From a virus, in IMG/VR virus record IMGVR_UViG_3300031957_001682, positions 32,001 through 96,000 of that record: a DNA stretch of 64,000 nucleotides, one strand, 5' to 3'. A program made the position numbers and the translations under genes. The number at the start of each line of letters is the position of its first letter. Position 1 is the stretch's first letter. Below the pieces are notes generated by a model that was not told where the DNA came from, did no database searches, and worked only from the letters and a program-made list of their open reading frames with translations. Shown in pieces: positions 19,395 through 28,593 of this stretch.

Positions 19395-21182
19395 TTATGC
19401 ACCTTTGAAATTTCTTGCATTCAAAAGAGCATTGCTATTCTGTTGCCCAATAGAGGGTTGTGGACCTCTTTGTTGCACACTTGTTATTGGAGAGCCACTA
19501 CCAGCCGATGTACGGCGTTGTGGAGCGGCTGGTCCTCGATTACGGATTCCCATACCTTGACCGCCGGGTTGTGGTGGCGGCATCGGCATACCACCCATTG
19601 GCATACCCGGAGGCATACCTCGCATCATTGGTGCGCCACCCATTGGCATACCCATTGGCATACCCGGTGGTGGCATTCCTCCACCCGGCATAGGTGGTGG
19701 CATTCCTCCACCCGGAGGTGCGCCACCCGGAGGTGCGCCACCCGGAGGTGCGGCAGGTTGTGGTGGAGGCTTACGATACACAAACCGAATATCGCTACTC
19801 GACTCTCCATCAACCAAGTCGGCTACAAAGCCAAGTTGAGTCATTCGCTGTGCTACATTGAGTTCTTGCTCATCACGGCGTAGTCGAGTAATTTCATCTT
19901 CTTCTTCGTTTGGATAAAGAGTGAGTTTCCAATCATGAACCCCCATTTCTTTCAGCATCTTAGGGAATAAAACATCAGTGTAAATTTTTTGTCCAAATTC
20001 AACAGCACGATTTGTGACAAGAATTTGCATACCTTCATTACTCAAGCCACCCGACTTACCGCTATCAACCATGAATACACTTGAAACACCAAAGTAAGCC
20101 GCAATACGATTACGAATTTCATCCCGAACTGCAATGTACTGCATTTCTTCAAGAGTGTCCATAAATTTAATCCAATTCACACCACCACGGCCAGTTTGAC
20201 TTTCAATACCGACCTTTGGAATATAATGCGGGTCACGCTCCATTTTTTCATCAACAGACTTCCAAAATGATTTCATTGACTCAAGGTTATCAGTCGTGAC
20301 TGAAATAATACCCTTTGGCATTCTTCGCTTTTGATAAGCAGTGTACATGTAGTTATCCATCGCTGTAAGTGTCATTGCTTGTCGCCACATTGTATTAACT
20401 GGTGAACGACCGTACAATTTAGATGGATTGTATTTACTCAAGTGAAGAACTTCACCTTCAATGAAATACTGTGTTTTACCACTACCAGCCATATTGACAT
20501 AGTGAACATCATGTAAGTCCATTCCGCATGTTTCACAGGTATCACTTTCGCTGTGTGTTTTTACTTGGTCCCTGTGTATTCTGCAAACTTTGTATCGCCC
20601 ACCACGGACACCACGCTTATCAGCAACAATACGCATAAAGATGGGGTCACCCCGAATCATTTCTTTAACACGGAAAAATGCAACTTCTTTTGATTCCGGG
20701 TCAATGTAGTATTCTTTTACCAAAATTAAGAATGCATCATCAACAATGTTTAGGTCGTTTTCAACTTCATTAAGAATGTGAATGAATGCTTGGTCCATGC
20801 TATTGTTTTGATTTAACAACCATTTGACATAGGTAATTTCATCATGGTCGGGGTCACGCACCGGACCCTCGCAAACATTACAAACTTGAACTTCGTGTTG
20901 GTATTCTTCACCACAGTCAGTGCATTTTTTATGAAAACGCTTTTCAAAATAGTGTCCTCTTCGGAACATTTCTTGTCGAATTTTTGAAAGAACCGTTCTT
21001 AAAATCAAACACTCGGTACTTACTGCATAAAGCGCAGGTATGGTAATACCCTGTGCCATGACTGGTTCTTGAATACCACTTGTCCAAAGTGGCATGGTTG
21101 GAGTTGGAGATTGCTTACGCTTGAATGGTTTTCCAAGCGCACCCAAAAATCGGCTTATTCTGCTATCGTCATCTGCCATCAA
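19395..21182 (-). CDS. Portal protein
   Basis: DLNIVDDAFL, EVLHLSKYNPSKLYGRSP, IAAYFGVSSVF motifs typical of HK97/SPP1-like portals; two Zn-ribbon insertions; Pro/Gly/Met-rich tail. Confidence 0.85.
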   Translation of the reverse strand: MMADDDSRISRFLGALGKPFKRKQSPTPTMPLWTSGIQEPVMAQGITIPALYAVSTECLILRTVLSKIRQEMFRRGHYFEKRFHKKCTDCGEEYQHEVQVCNVCEGPVRDPDHDEITYVKWLLNQNNSMDQAFIHILNEVENDLNIVDDAFLILVKEYYIDPESKEVAFFRVKEMIRGDPIFMRIVADKRGVRGGRYKVCRIHRDQVKTHSESDTCETCGMDLHDVHYVNMAGSGKTQYFIEGEVLHLSKYNPSKLYGRSPVNTMWRQAMTLTAMDNYMYTAYQKRRMPKGIISVTTDNLESMKSFWKSVDEKMERDPHYIPKVGIESQTGRGGVNWIKFMDTLEEMQYIAVRDEIRNRIAAYFGVSSVFMVDSGKSGGLSNEGMQILVTNRAVEFGQKIYTDVLFPKMLKEMGVHDWKLTLYPNEEEDEITRLRRDEQELNVAQRMTQLGFVADLVDGESSSDIRFVYRKPPPQPAAPPGGAPPGGAPPGGGMPPPMPGGGMPPPGMPMGMPMGGAPMMRGMPPGMPMGGMPMPPPQPGGQGMGIRNRGPAAPQRRTSAGSGSPITSVQQRGPQPSIGQQNSNALLNARNFKGA

Positions 21183-22477
21183 AGTCCCTCCGCATATCCA
21201 CCTATGGTATCAGCATCCAAGCCCCACTTAGTCAAGAGGTTGTCGGCCTTCTTTTTATCATCTTTCCAATTACTGAAAGTGACAAGTTTTTGTAATTCGT
21301 TTTTTCTCATTTTATCTTTAGAGTCAATAAAAGTCAAAACAGCCTTTGCTTGCAATGATTTCATTTTCAAGTGAGGTAAGATTCCTTTGAGTAATTGTCG
21401 TAAATCATCCTTTGATTGAAAAACCAATCTGTGAAGACTCCGATTACTGTTTTTATGAATTTTTTGATTCAAAACTAAGCGACCACAACCAAGGGCTTTG
21501 TGTAAGTTTTCACAGTGGTCTTTACCCCTTTCTCCTGTAGCAACAAATGTTGCTCTTGGCTCACCTCTTTCGCTAATAAAAATACTTCCATCAGCATCAA
21601 GAAAACCAGCCGCATACGCCCAAATATCCTTGATAATTAAACCATCAGTGCCCATTTTTAAAAATTGTCCACGAGTCGGTGAACGATAAATGTCGAGTTC
21701 TTCGCCGTACATTTTGATAAGCATACCAAGTTTACTGGGAGTAATGGACTTGTTTAAGACACCAACACCACGACGCACAATCTCACGGCTACTTAATTCA
21801 CCGCTTTTTTCTAATTGCGTCGAAGCAAACTCTAAAGTTGTTTTATCGTCTTTTGAAATAGAATCAATTTGATGCAAAGTTTTTCTCCACATCTTTTGAG
21901 CATCTTTACGCATTTGCATTGCGTCAACCCAATTTTCTTGTTCATCAGTACCCCAATCATCAAGTTCGTTTAGCATTGAAAGTACAGAAGTAGCCTTCAA
22001 AAACATTTGACATGCTTGTTGTAAACCGGTACTTCTTGACTCACCAAACTTTCGCAGTGATTTTAGTGAGCGGTCATTTATTCCCATGTATCGTATGGTG
22101 TCTTGCAAACCGTCACTCCAAGTTAAATTATTGATTGTTGCTTCAACTTCCATTGCTTTAATAGTTCTCACATCATCAATAATAGCATCAATCATATCTC
22201 GATTACTTTTGTCGTTTCTACGCATTTTTCGACACATACGAATAATTGAGTCGGCATCTTTACCGTATGTAGCCTCAAGCCACCCATCACCATTTTTTGG
22301 AAAACCGTATGATTTTATGTCTTCTTTGATAAACAAAGACGACTCCTTGACTACAGGGATTTGTTTATTGTAAAAATGTGGATGTTGTGCTAATGTGTTA
22401 AACACGCTTTTGGTGAAATCATCGCCATTAATTTGTGGAGTATCATACTCATCACCGACAATTGCACTACCCCACAT
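21179..22477 (-). CDS. LAGLIDADG-domain protein with a long N-terminal extension
   Basis: WAYAAGFLDADGSIFI motif and ILPHLKMKSLQA C-terminal pattern; translationally coupled to the portal. Confidence 0.8.
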   Translation of the reverse strand: MWGSAIVGDEYDTPQINGDDFTKSVFNTLAQHPHFYNKQIPVVKESSLFIKEDIKSYGFPKNGDGWLEATYGKDADSIIRMCRKMRRNDKSNRDMIDAIIDDVRTIKAMEVEATINNLTWSDGLQDTIRYMGINDRSLKSLRKFGESRSTGLQQACQMFLKATSVLSMLNELDDWGTDEQENWVDAMQMRKDAQKMWRKTLHQIDSISKDDKTTLEFASTQLEKSGELSSREIVRRGVGVLNKSITPSKLGMLIKMYGEELDIYRSPTRGQFLKMGTDGLIIKDIWAYAAGFLDADGSIFISERGEPRATFVATGERGKDHCENLHKALGCGRLVLNQKIHKNSNRSLHRLVFQSKDDLRQLLKGILPHLKMKSLQAKAVLTFIDSKDKMRKNELQKLVTFSNWKDDKKKADNLLTKWGLDADTIGGYAEGL

Positions 22478-22502
22478 ATTGGCTACCTCATTGTCCTATC
22501 AT

Positions 22503-23237
22503 TTAGAGATTCCTATGATGTTGAAACACAGGAATTTTAGTATCTCCATGACCCATTTGACGAAGGGCTTCCATACGATGACCACCTTCTTGCATTCCAG
22601 TGTAATTATTATTGTTAAAACTTAACTCCGGCATACCTATTGGCATCCCTGCTTTTATTCCCTCTATGATTCGAGCGATGTTTTCACGGCTTCCTCCTTG
22701 TGAGGTAAACTGGCGACCATCCCATCTGTATTCAGCATCTCTTCCCCCTACGGGTGGTTCATTGTGTTCTTCTGCACCTTGTCCTACAATGTCAAAATAA
22801 TCATTCGGTGTCATTTGAGTAATTTTATCATTTTTACCATAAGCATAAGGTTGACCACCAATCACGGGTTCGGAGAAATCCATATTGTAAGCCATTCGTA
22901 CACCCGGTATATCAGTATCAACAATAGGTGCTTTGACTAAGACGCTCTTGACAATTGTAGGTTTACCGCCTACGCCTTGTTTTTTTGCACGCTTGCGTTT
23001 GGTAGCGGCTTGCTTTTGACCCTCGGACATTGAGCCGCTGGTCTTAGGTGTTTTACTTGATACTTTGACGGAAGGACGACACTTTGGATAACCCTTGCTT
23101 GATTTACTTGCTTTAGAACGCCCACATGGTGGGTGCTTGCCGTCTTTGTCTTTGCGTGACACATCAACCCACTTTTCTTTGAACCAACGGTTCAAATCCT
23201 TAACGATGAGAACATCGTAGCAGGTACATCGAGTCAT
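22503..23237 (-). CDS. Two-module protein: basic WFKEKW/CGR/YPKCRP domain plus ParB/Srx-like domain
   Basis: LNRWFKEKWVD..CGR..YPKCRP is a known small phage domain type; C-terminal P-x-L...EGGHRMEAL...IPV resembles ParB-N; modules are separated by IVKSVLVK-A. Confidence 0.55.
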   Translation of the reverse strand: MTRCTCYDVLIVKDLNRWFKEKWVDVSRKDKDGKHPPCGRSKASKSSKGYPKCRPSVKVSSKTPKTSGSMSEGQKQAATKRKRAKKQGVGGKPTIVKSVLVKAPIVDTDIPGVRMAYNMDFSEPVIGGQPYAYGKNDKITQMTPNDYFDIVGQGAEEHNEPPVGGRDAEYRWDGRQFTSQGGSRENIARIIEGIKAGMPIGMPELSFNNNNYTGMQEGGHRMEALRQMGHGDTKIPVFQHHRNL

Positions 23238-23402
23238 TCAAAGTACACCGACCATTTTCTTAATGTCTTTTTGCTTGTCAATAAGAGCGTAACAGGGACA
23301 CTTCGGAGAAGAAGCAGAACACTGCATAACACCTTTAATCATGCAAACACATGGTGTTTTTTCGGTTCCACCACAGCAACAAGATTTTCTTTTAAGTTTC
23401 AT
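23238..23402 (-). CDS. Small Cys-rich protein (54 aa, not in the ORF track)
   Basis: MKLKRKSCCCGG..PCVC..QC..KCPC; coupled to both neighbours. Confidence 0.5.
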   Translation of the reverse strand: MKLKRKSCCCGGTEKTPCVCMIKGVMQCSASSPKCPCYALIDKQKDIKKMVGVL

Positions 23403-23590
23403 TTTTTCTTCCCCTTCTTCTTACCTTTGAACTTACCTTTGCAATATTGAACAGCCCATCCATTTGCATAGGCTGATGGGTAAACATCGAACTTGCGCTT
23501 TGCCGCCGCTTTACCAGCGGGACACAGTTTCTTTTCTAATGCATCCCACGCTGTTGTCATTCCGACACAGTGACCGCAATAGCAACTCAT
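23399..23590 (-). CDS. Small basic protein (YPSAYANGW family)
   Basis: AKRKFDVYPSAYANGWAVQYCK motif common in phage head modules; preceded by MTTAWDALEK. Confidence 0.6.
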   Translation of the reverse strand: MSCYCGHCVGMTTAWDALEKKLCPAGKAAAKRKFDVYPSAYANGWAVQYCKGKFKGKKKGKKK

Positions 23591-23591
23591 A

Positions 23592-24068
23592 TCAATCACT
23601 TCTTTGCGTAAAAGGATTTGGTGGGTCACTAAAATCTAAGACTCTTTCTTTAGCATGTTGCGGAGGGGGTGCTTGTGGCATCGTACTTCGAGTCATCTGT
23701 CTTTGTTGAGCGAAAGATGCTGGATTGATTGTACCGCCGGGCGTTGAAGGTGTGGTAGGTACATCATCACCAAGTTCCGGTGATTTAGTTTCATTCTTTT
23801 CTGCATTAGGGTCATTTACATTTCCCATTTGCATACGGGCTTGTTGATGTTCTTCTCTCCCTGCTCGCATTCGTGCAATAGGAGTTGAAAATGGTTTACC
23901 TGTTTTATCAGTTTCTTTCATCTTCAAAAATTTCCAAGCGTCACCCATTGGGATTGCTTTCTTTTTGCTGTCCGGGTCTGCTGTTTTTTCCGGCGACTTA
24001 GGCGGCTTACCACCAAGTGCAATTACAACAACCATGCCTTTCTTTTTCTTTTTATCGTCTTCTTTCAT
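23592..24068 (-). CDS. Hypothetical protein with internal cargo tag
   Basis: IPMGDAWKFLK-M after a short basic N-terminus. Confidence 0.55.
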   Translation of the reverse strand: MKEDDKKKKKGMVVVIALGGKPPKSPEKTADPDSKKKAIPMGDAWKFLKMKETDKTGKPFSTPIARMRAGREEHQQARMQMGNVNDPNAEKNETKSPELGDDVPTTPSTPGGTINPASFAQQRQMTRSTMPQAPPPQHAKERVLDFSDPPNPFTQRSD

Positions 24069-25555
24069 GGTACTAACCATCCGTCGCCAGTTCCTTTATT
24101 TCGATGTGGCATACCACCGATGTACTCATCGAGTCCCGGTAGTATGTCATCGAGTAGTTGCACTGAACCTTTGAACTCTTTTGTTCCCCAGTTCGCTAAA
24201 GCAAGTGCCATTGCCAAGTCATCGTGAGTACCGACCGATTCAAGTCGCCCATTCTTTTGCATACCGAATCGGTTCAATTCTTCTTCTAATTTGTGAGTGA
24301 ATGTACGACTTCGCTCATCACCATACGGCAATTGAATGTGTCCTTGTTCAAAAGCCATAAGCAAAGACATGAACATACTTTCTTTGCGCTGGCGTGTTGT
24401 CATAAAAGTACGAATAGGAATATCGTTTCTCATGTCTTGAAGTTCAGCGGCAAACATTCGCTGGAAGTTGTTTCCTTCAAGTTCAATCAAATCCGGCTGG
24501 AAGCGATTGTTAAGAGTGAGAATGTGTTTTTTCTGTGCTAATCCACCAAGTCCTTTTTCGTGAACGATACCGACAATTTGCTTTATGTTTTCACCGGGTG
24601 GTGTACGAAGCACAAGCATGGCTGTGTAGTCAGCGTTCTTATCCGAAGCAATCGCTGTGTCCCATCCAATGAAGTGCTGTCCGAACACACCAGCGGGATT
24701 ACCTTCTTCGTCGTATTCGGTATCAGCCCTGTCAAGTAATACCAGTTCATTGTTGCGAGCCTCATTTAGAATTGTAGCAGGGAACATACTCGCAACATCG
24801 TGAATAGGTTCACACAAATACTCACGGCTGAATTGGATAGCGGGCATGGACATACGCCGTTGCTCAAGTGCCTCAAGATTCCACCGTTCCGGCCAAAGCG
24901 CATTACCTTCCCCATCAATAGCAGGGTATGTTTCGACACGGAATGTTTCTTTTTGCTCAAGTTCTGCGTACAAATCGTTGTACGAAAACGGTGTACCGAC
25001 CATCATCAAACGAGAAGAGTGGTGCAGAACAGGCAAAAGAACACCATAGAACCAGTCAGCGGCACGCTGTAGTTCTCCACCTGTAGTACCCCAAAGAATA
25101 TCGTCGCAAACGACCACATCGGGGTGGAAACCACGGGTAGCACCACCAACGGACTTAGCCATCAATCGGCTACCGTTAGTGAACTCAAAGTACGACTTAG
25201 CCCACGGTCGGCCACCTTCGGGCTTGAGGTGTCGAAGAATATCGGATGATTCAATGTTGTTGCGAATAAATCGCATGTGTTCAAGCGTCTGTTCAAGAGA
25301 GTGAGAAAAAATCATGATGTGTGTACCGGGTTTGAAAGCGGCAATCCAAAGAGCATAGGCCATGAACAAAGTGGATTTACCGTGGTCACGACTCGCTTTA
25401 ACACAGTAGTATCGGTGTTCGTTCAATCCTGTTTCCCAAGACTCGTGGTGATGACTGTAATGAAAGCCCAAAATTTCTGTAAAGAAATACTTGAATGACT
25501 TGGCCGACATTTTGCTATCCATCTCGTGGATAAACGCATTCATGTCCTCTCCCAT
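24065..25555 (-). CDS. terL: Terminase large subunit
   Basis: Walker A ASRDHGKST, Walker B VVVCDD, motif III VGTP, nuclease IGWDTA and HDDLAMALALA. Confidence 0.93.
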   Translation of the reverse strand: MGEDMNAFIHEMDSKMSAKSFKYFFTEILGFHYSHHHESWETGLNEHRYYCVKASRDHGKSTLFMAYALWIAAFKPGTHIMIFSHSLEQTLEHMRFIRNNIESSDILRHLKPEGGRPWAKSYFEFTNGSRLMAKSVGGATRGFHPDVVVCDDILWGTTGGELQRAADWFYGVLLPVLHHSSRLMMVGTPFSYNDLYAELEQKETFRVETYPAIDGEGNALWPERWNLEALEQRRMSMPAIQFSREYLCEPIHDVASMFPATILNEARNNELVLLDRADTEYDEEGNPAGVFGQHFIGWDTAIASDKNADYTAMLVLRTPPGENIKQIVGIVHEKGLGGLAQKKHILTLNNRFQPDLIELEGNNFQRMFAAELQDMRNDIPIRTFMTTRQRKESMFMSLLMAFEQGHIQLPYGDERSRTFTHKLEEELNRFGMQKNGRLESVGTHDDLAMALALANWGTKEFKGSVQLLDDILPGLDEYIGGMPHRNKGTGDGWLVP

Positions 25556-25559
25556 TGTA

Positions 25560-26390
25560 TCACCGTGTCTTAATATACATGAAAGCGGCGAGTTCACCAA
25601 TTTCATTTGGTGTCATTTTGTAAAGATTATCGGGTCCGAGTAAGTCGAATAACATTCCATTAAACGCTTTGGTGGGCATCAATACAGGTCTTGGTTGTCC
25701 GGTCACGGGGTCTATGGATGCTTGATACTGCGCCATCCCCGATGGATTCATTTGTTGTTGAACGGTACTTGCCATATTTGACTGATTCAATACATTGGGA
25801 GGTAGTGGTGGATTCATTTGTTGTTCAACGGTACTTGCCATATCTTGCTGATTCAATACATTGGGAGGTAATGGCACAGCAGGTGCGGCAGTTGCGGCAG
25901 GTTGGGGTAATGCAGGTATGGGTGCGGCAGGTGCAGATGCTACAGGTGCAGGTACGGATGGTGAAGTTGATACATTTACAAGACCAGTGGATGAAGGTAA
26001 TGGTACTCCACCTTCATTTGCCGCCATACCCGGAGCGGGTAATGGGATAGAATTGGGTTTAACCCCGACATGAGAATTTCCTTCAATTTGTCTTGCTGTG
26101 AATGCCCCTGTTGGGTCAAGTCCTTGATAGGTGTACCCTGCTCCAAGTGGAGCGGCTATGTTGCCACCTTGCATTGCATCAGCGGTGCTTAAAGCAGTAG
26201 CCCCTAAAGCCGCACCTTTACCAGCAAGTCCAGCAAGTCCAACCAATCGACCTGTTCTGCTAACTTTGGAACCGGGTTTTGTACCACGACCACGAACCGC
26301 ATTGAACAAATCCATTGCCGAAGGACTACCTTGACCCACTGTTTGAAATTGAGTCACATCTGCTTTTACCAAAACTTTGTTGCTCACCAT
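25560..26390 (-). CDS. Pro/Ala/Gln-rich putative internal virion protein
   Basis: N-terminal VLVK-A, Gly/Ala hydrophobic segment LVGLAGLAGKGAALGATAL, 22-aa duplicated repeat. Confidence 0.55.
   Translation of the reverse strand: MVSNKVLVKADVTQFQTVGQGSPSAMDLFNAVRGRGTKPGSKVSRTGRLVGLAGLAGKGAALGATALSTADAMQGGNIAAPLGAGYTYQGLDPTGAFTARQIEGNSHVGVKPNSIPLPAPGMAANEGGVPLPSSTGLVNVSTSPSVPAPVASAPAAPIPALPQPAATAAPAVPLPPNVLNQQDMASTVEQQMNPPLPPNVLNQSNMASTVQQQMNPSGMAQYQASIDPVTGQPRPVLMPTKAFNGMLFDLLGPDNLYKMTPNEIGELAAFMYIKTR
25744..25870. repeat. Tandem duplication with a 66-bp period
   Basis: ggattcatttgttgtt(g/c)aacggtacttgccatat...gattcaatacattgggaggta at 25744 and 25810; encodes PLPPNVLNQxxMASTVxQQMNP x2. Confidence 0.9.
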
Positions 26391-26391
26391 A

Positions 26392-28593
26392 TCACCCCAT
26401 GTTTGTTTTTATGACTTTGATAATCTTAGCATCAACATTGTAGGACTTAGCGATGTTGTGCCAATCTCCCATTGTTTGATTGATTGTCACGACCTCACTT
26501 GCGGTTAGCCCGACATGTTTCGCCAGTGCGTGTGGATTGTTAAGATTACTGTTAATTTTAATCCCCTCGAATCCGGCTTCTTCTTGTTGCATTCGCTCTA
26601 ATGCTTTCATCACTCGGTCCATTACCGGTAGGTGTGCATCTTCGCTTCTTAGGTACTGGTCAAGTAATTGCTGTCTTGGGTCGGAAAGTGATTGTTGCGC
26701 CCTTCTTTCAATCGGTGTTAAAAATTCATCCGGTGCTGGACTTGCTCGACCTCCACCACCAGCAACCATCATTTCTCTAAATTGCTGTGGTGTTTGATTT
26801 GCAATCTGTGGTCTAACTTGCTGGAACCGTGGGTCAAGAGGCGTAGCCGGTGGGCCTTGTGGTCTTACCGCTACAGGAGGAAGAGGTGCCGCACCGGAGG
26901 GAGGTGGTGAAGAAACCGGAACCTGCGAAAGAGCGGAAGCAGGGGATTCCGGTGCGACTGTATCACCACTTGGGCGAATTGGCATGGCTGTACTTTCTGC
27001 AAAGTCTTCCATAGGGTGTAGGTATGCATCCATGTGAGGGTCGAGTGTGGCATCAACTCCTTCTTCGGGATAATCTAAAAATTGCATATTTTTTGCTGGT
27101 TCTGTTTTTATGTCACCAATGGGCATTTTTACTGGCAAACCCTGTGATTCTGCTTGGTGGTCGGCTAATGCTTCGATAATACCACGAAAACGCTCGACTT
27201 GACCCATAAGCCGCTCATCGTATCGTACACCAAATGCGTTTAACTGCTCACTGTCAATTGAATGATTACTCAAATTACTTCGCTCGGAGTCATCATCACT
27301 TAGACCGGACCTGTGAGCGAGTGCCATAAGACGGGCGGCAGTGGTGTCTTTTCCTTTGCTACCACCCCTACCGGGTTTGAAATGACGACTTTGTTCATCA
27401 TAGGACAAACCTTCTTCTCCTTCACCATAGATACCCATGAGGCTATTGAAATGCTTGTTAAAATCACCTTGACCCGGCCTACCAAACAAATACATCATTG
27501 CTGGTACATTTGCCATATCTTGAATTAAACTTCTTCGTAGTTCACTATCTTGAAGAATGACACGAAGTGGGCGTTGAATCATTTCGGGACTCGCTAAAGT
27601 GCCCACATTGATTGTAGCGGGTACATCGGGAATTGCATCTATGTTGCCCAAAGCGTTTGTAATGGCCCTTTCAGCCATTTGATATAATCCATTTTTGTGT
27701 TCCCAACTACCTTTTTTTCCGGCTTTTTGTCCACTTGCTTTTGTGTTAGGATAAAAGAAAATGTCCGGTAGGTGGTGAGTAGTTGATTCAGTGTGTACCG
27801 CAGTTTGTTCACTGAAATAATCATCGGGTGCCCTTGACATGTGTTGTGTGCTTATTTGATTCGGATGTTCTTGATATGAAGCATCAACTCGACCTTTAGG
27901 TGCTGTTTCACGAGCGTAAATGTAAGGTCTTTTTACAAAAGTTAAATCCGATGATACTTCAAATGGAACTCCATGTTCTCTTTCAAGAATTTGACCAAGT
28001 TCGTGATTAAAAGGAATAGAATATGATTCAATAAAACGACCCATTGGGGTATAGTTTTTGTCACCGGGGGTGAAATTTTTGTTAGTGTAAGTGGTAATCA
28101 AAGAACCATTTTTGGTTTTTGTTGGGCGTTCGGAGTGGCCTTCTGTGCTGTCACCCGGAGGTAGCATTCCAGCCCTAATTTTTCTCCACGCCATGTTGTC
28201 AAAAGGTGGTAATGCGTGCATTCCATTATTCTTATCATCATCACCTTTGTGACTTGTATGGTTTTGATTAAACAATTGAATTGCTTTGTTAATCAAATCG
28301 ACAGGATGTGCTTTGATACCATGTTTTTCTAAAAACCACCCTAAGCGTGTAGCCGCCGCATCAATACCGTGTTGATAACTTCCCATTGGTGTGTTGTAGT
28401 GTAGTTCACCGTGGTCACCCGGAGCAAACTCACCTTCAAGAATTTCTCCTTGAGCATGTGCAAAGGCGGGTACATCTTCTTCTGTAGGTGGTCGAAACGC
28501 TGTTGCCGGTGGGTTGCGAATCATTGCCGCACCCTGTGGGGTAAAATGCTTCATTCCCCATGCTTTAATCAATGGAAAACGAACAGGTATCAT
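26392..28593 (-). CDS. Large hypothetical protein (putative internal virion protein)
   Basis: 733 aa; N-terminal FPLIK-A; Pro-rich linker; C-terminal HTH-like segment. Confidence 0.6.
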   Translation of the reverse strand: MIPVRFPLIKAWGMKHFTPQGAAMIRNPPATAFRPPTEEDVPAFAHAQGEILEGEFAPGDHGELHYNTPMGSYQHGIDAAATRLGWFLEKHGIKAHPVDLINKAIQLFNQNHTSHKGDDDKNNGMHALPPFDNMAWRKIRAGMLPPGDSTEGHSERPTKTKNGSLITTYTNKNFTPGDKNYTPMGRFIESYSIPFNHELGQILEREHGVPFEVSSDLTFVKRPYIYARETAPKGRVDASYQEHPNQISTQHMSRAPDDYFSEQTAVHTESTTHHLPDIFFYPNTKASGQKAGKKGSWEHKNGLYQMAERAITNALGNIDAIPDVPATINVGTLASPEMIQRPLRVILQDSELRRSLIQDMANVPAMMYLFGRPGQGDFNKHFNSLMGIYGEGEEGLSYDEQSRHFKPGRGGSKGKDTTAARLMALAHRSGLSDDDSERSNLSNHSIDSEQLNAFGVRYDERLMGQVERFRGIIEALADHQAESQGLPVKMPIGDIKTEPAKNMQFLDYPEEGVDATLDPHMDAYLHPMEDFAESTAMPIRPSGDTVAPESPASALSQVPVSSPPPSGAAPLPPVAVRPQGPPATPLDPRFQQVRPQIANQTPQQFREMMVAGGGGRASPAPDEFLTPIERRAQQSLSDPRQQLLDQYLRSEDAHLPVMDRVMKALERMQQEEAGFEGIKINSNLNNPHALAKHVGLTASEVVTINQTMGDWHNIAKSYNVDAKIIKVIKTNMG

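Noticed and set aside
21179-22477. Intein or group I intron around the LAGLIDADG domain
   Set aside because: No Cys/Ser start with His-Asn end, and flanking genes (portal, terminase) appear uninterrupted
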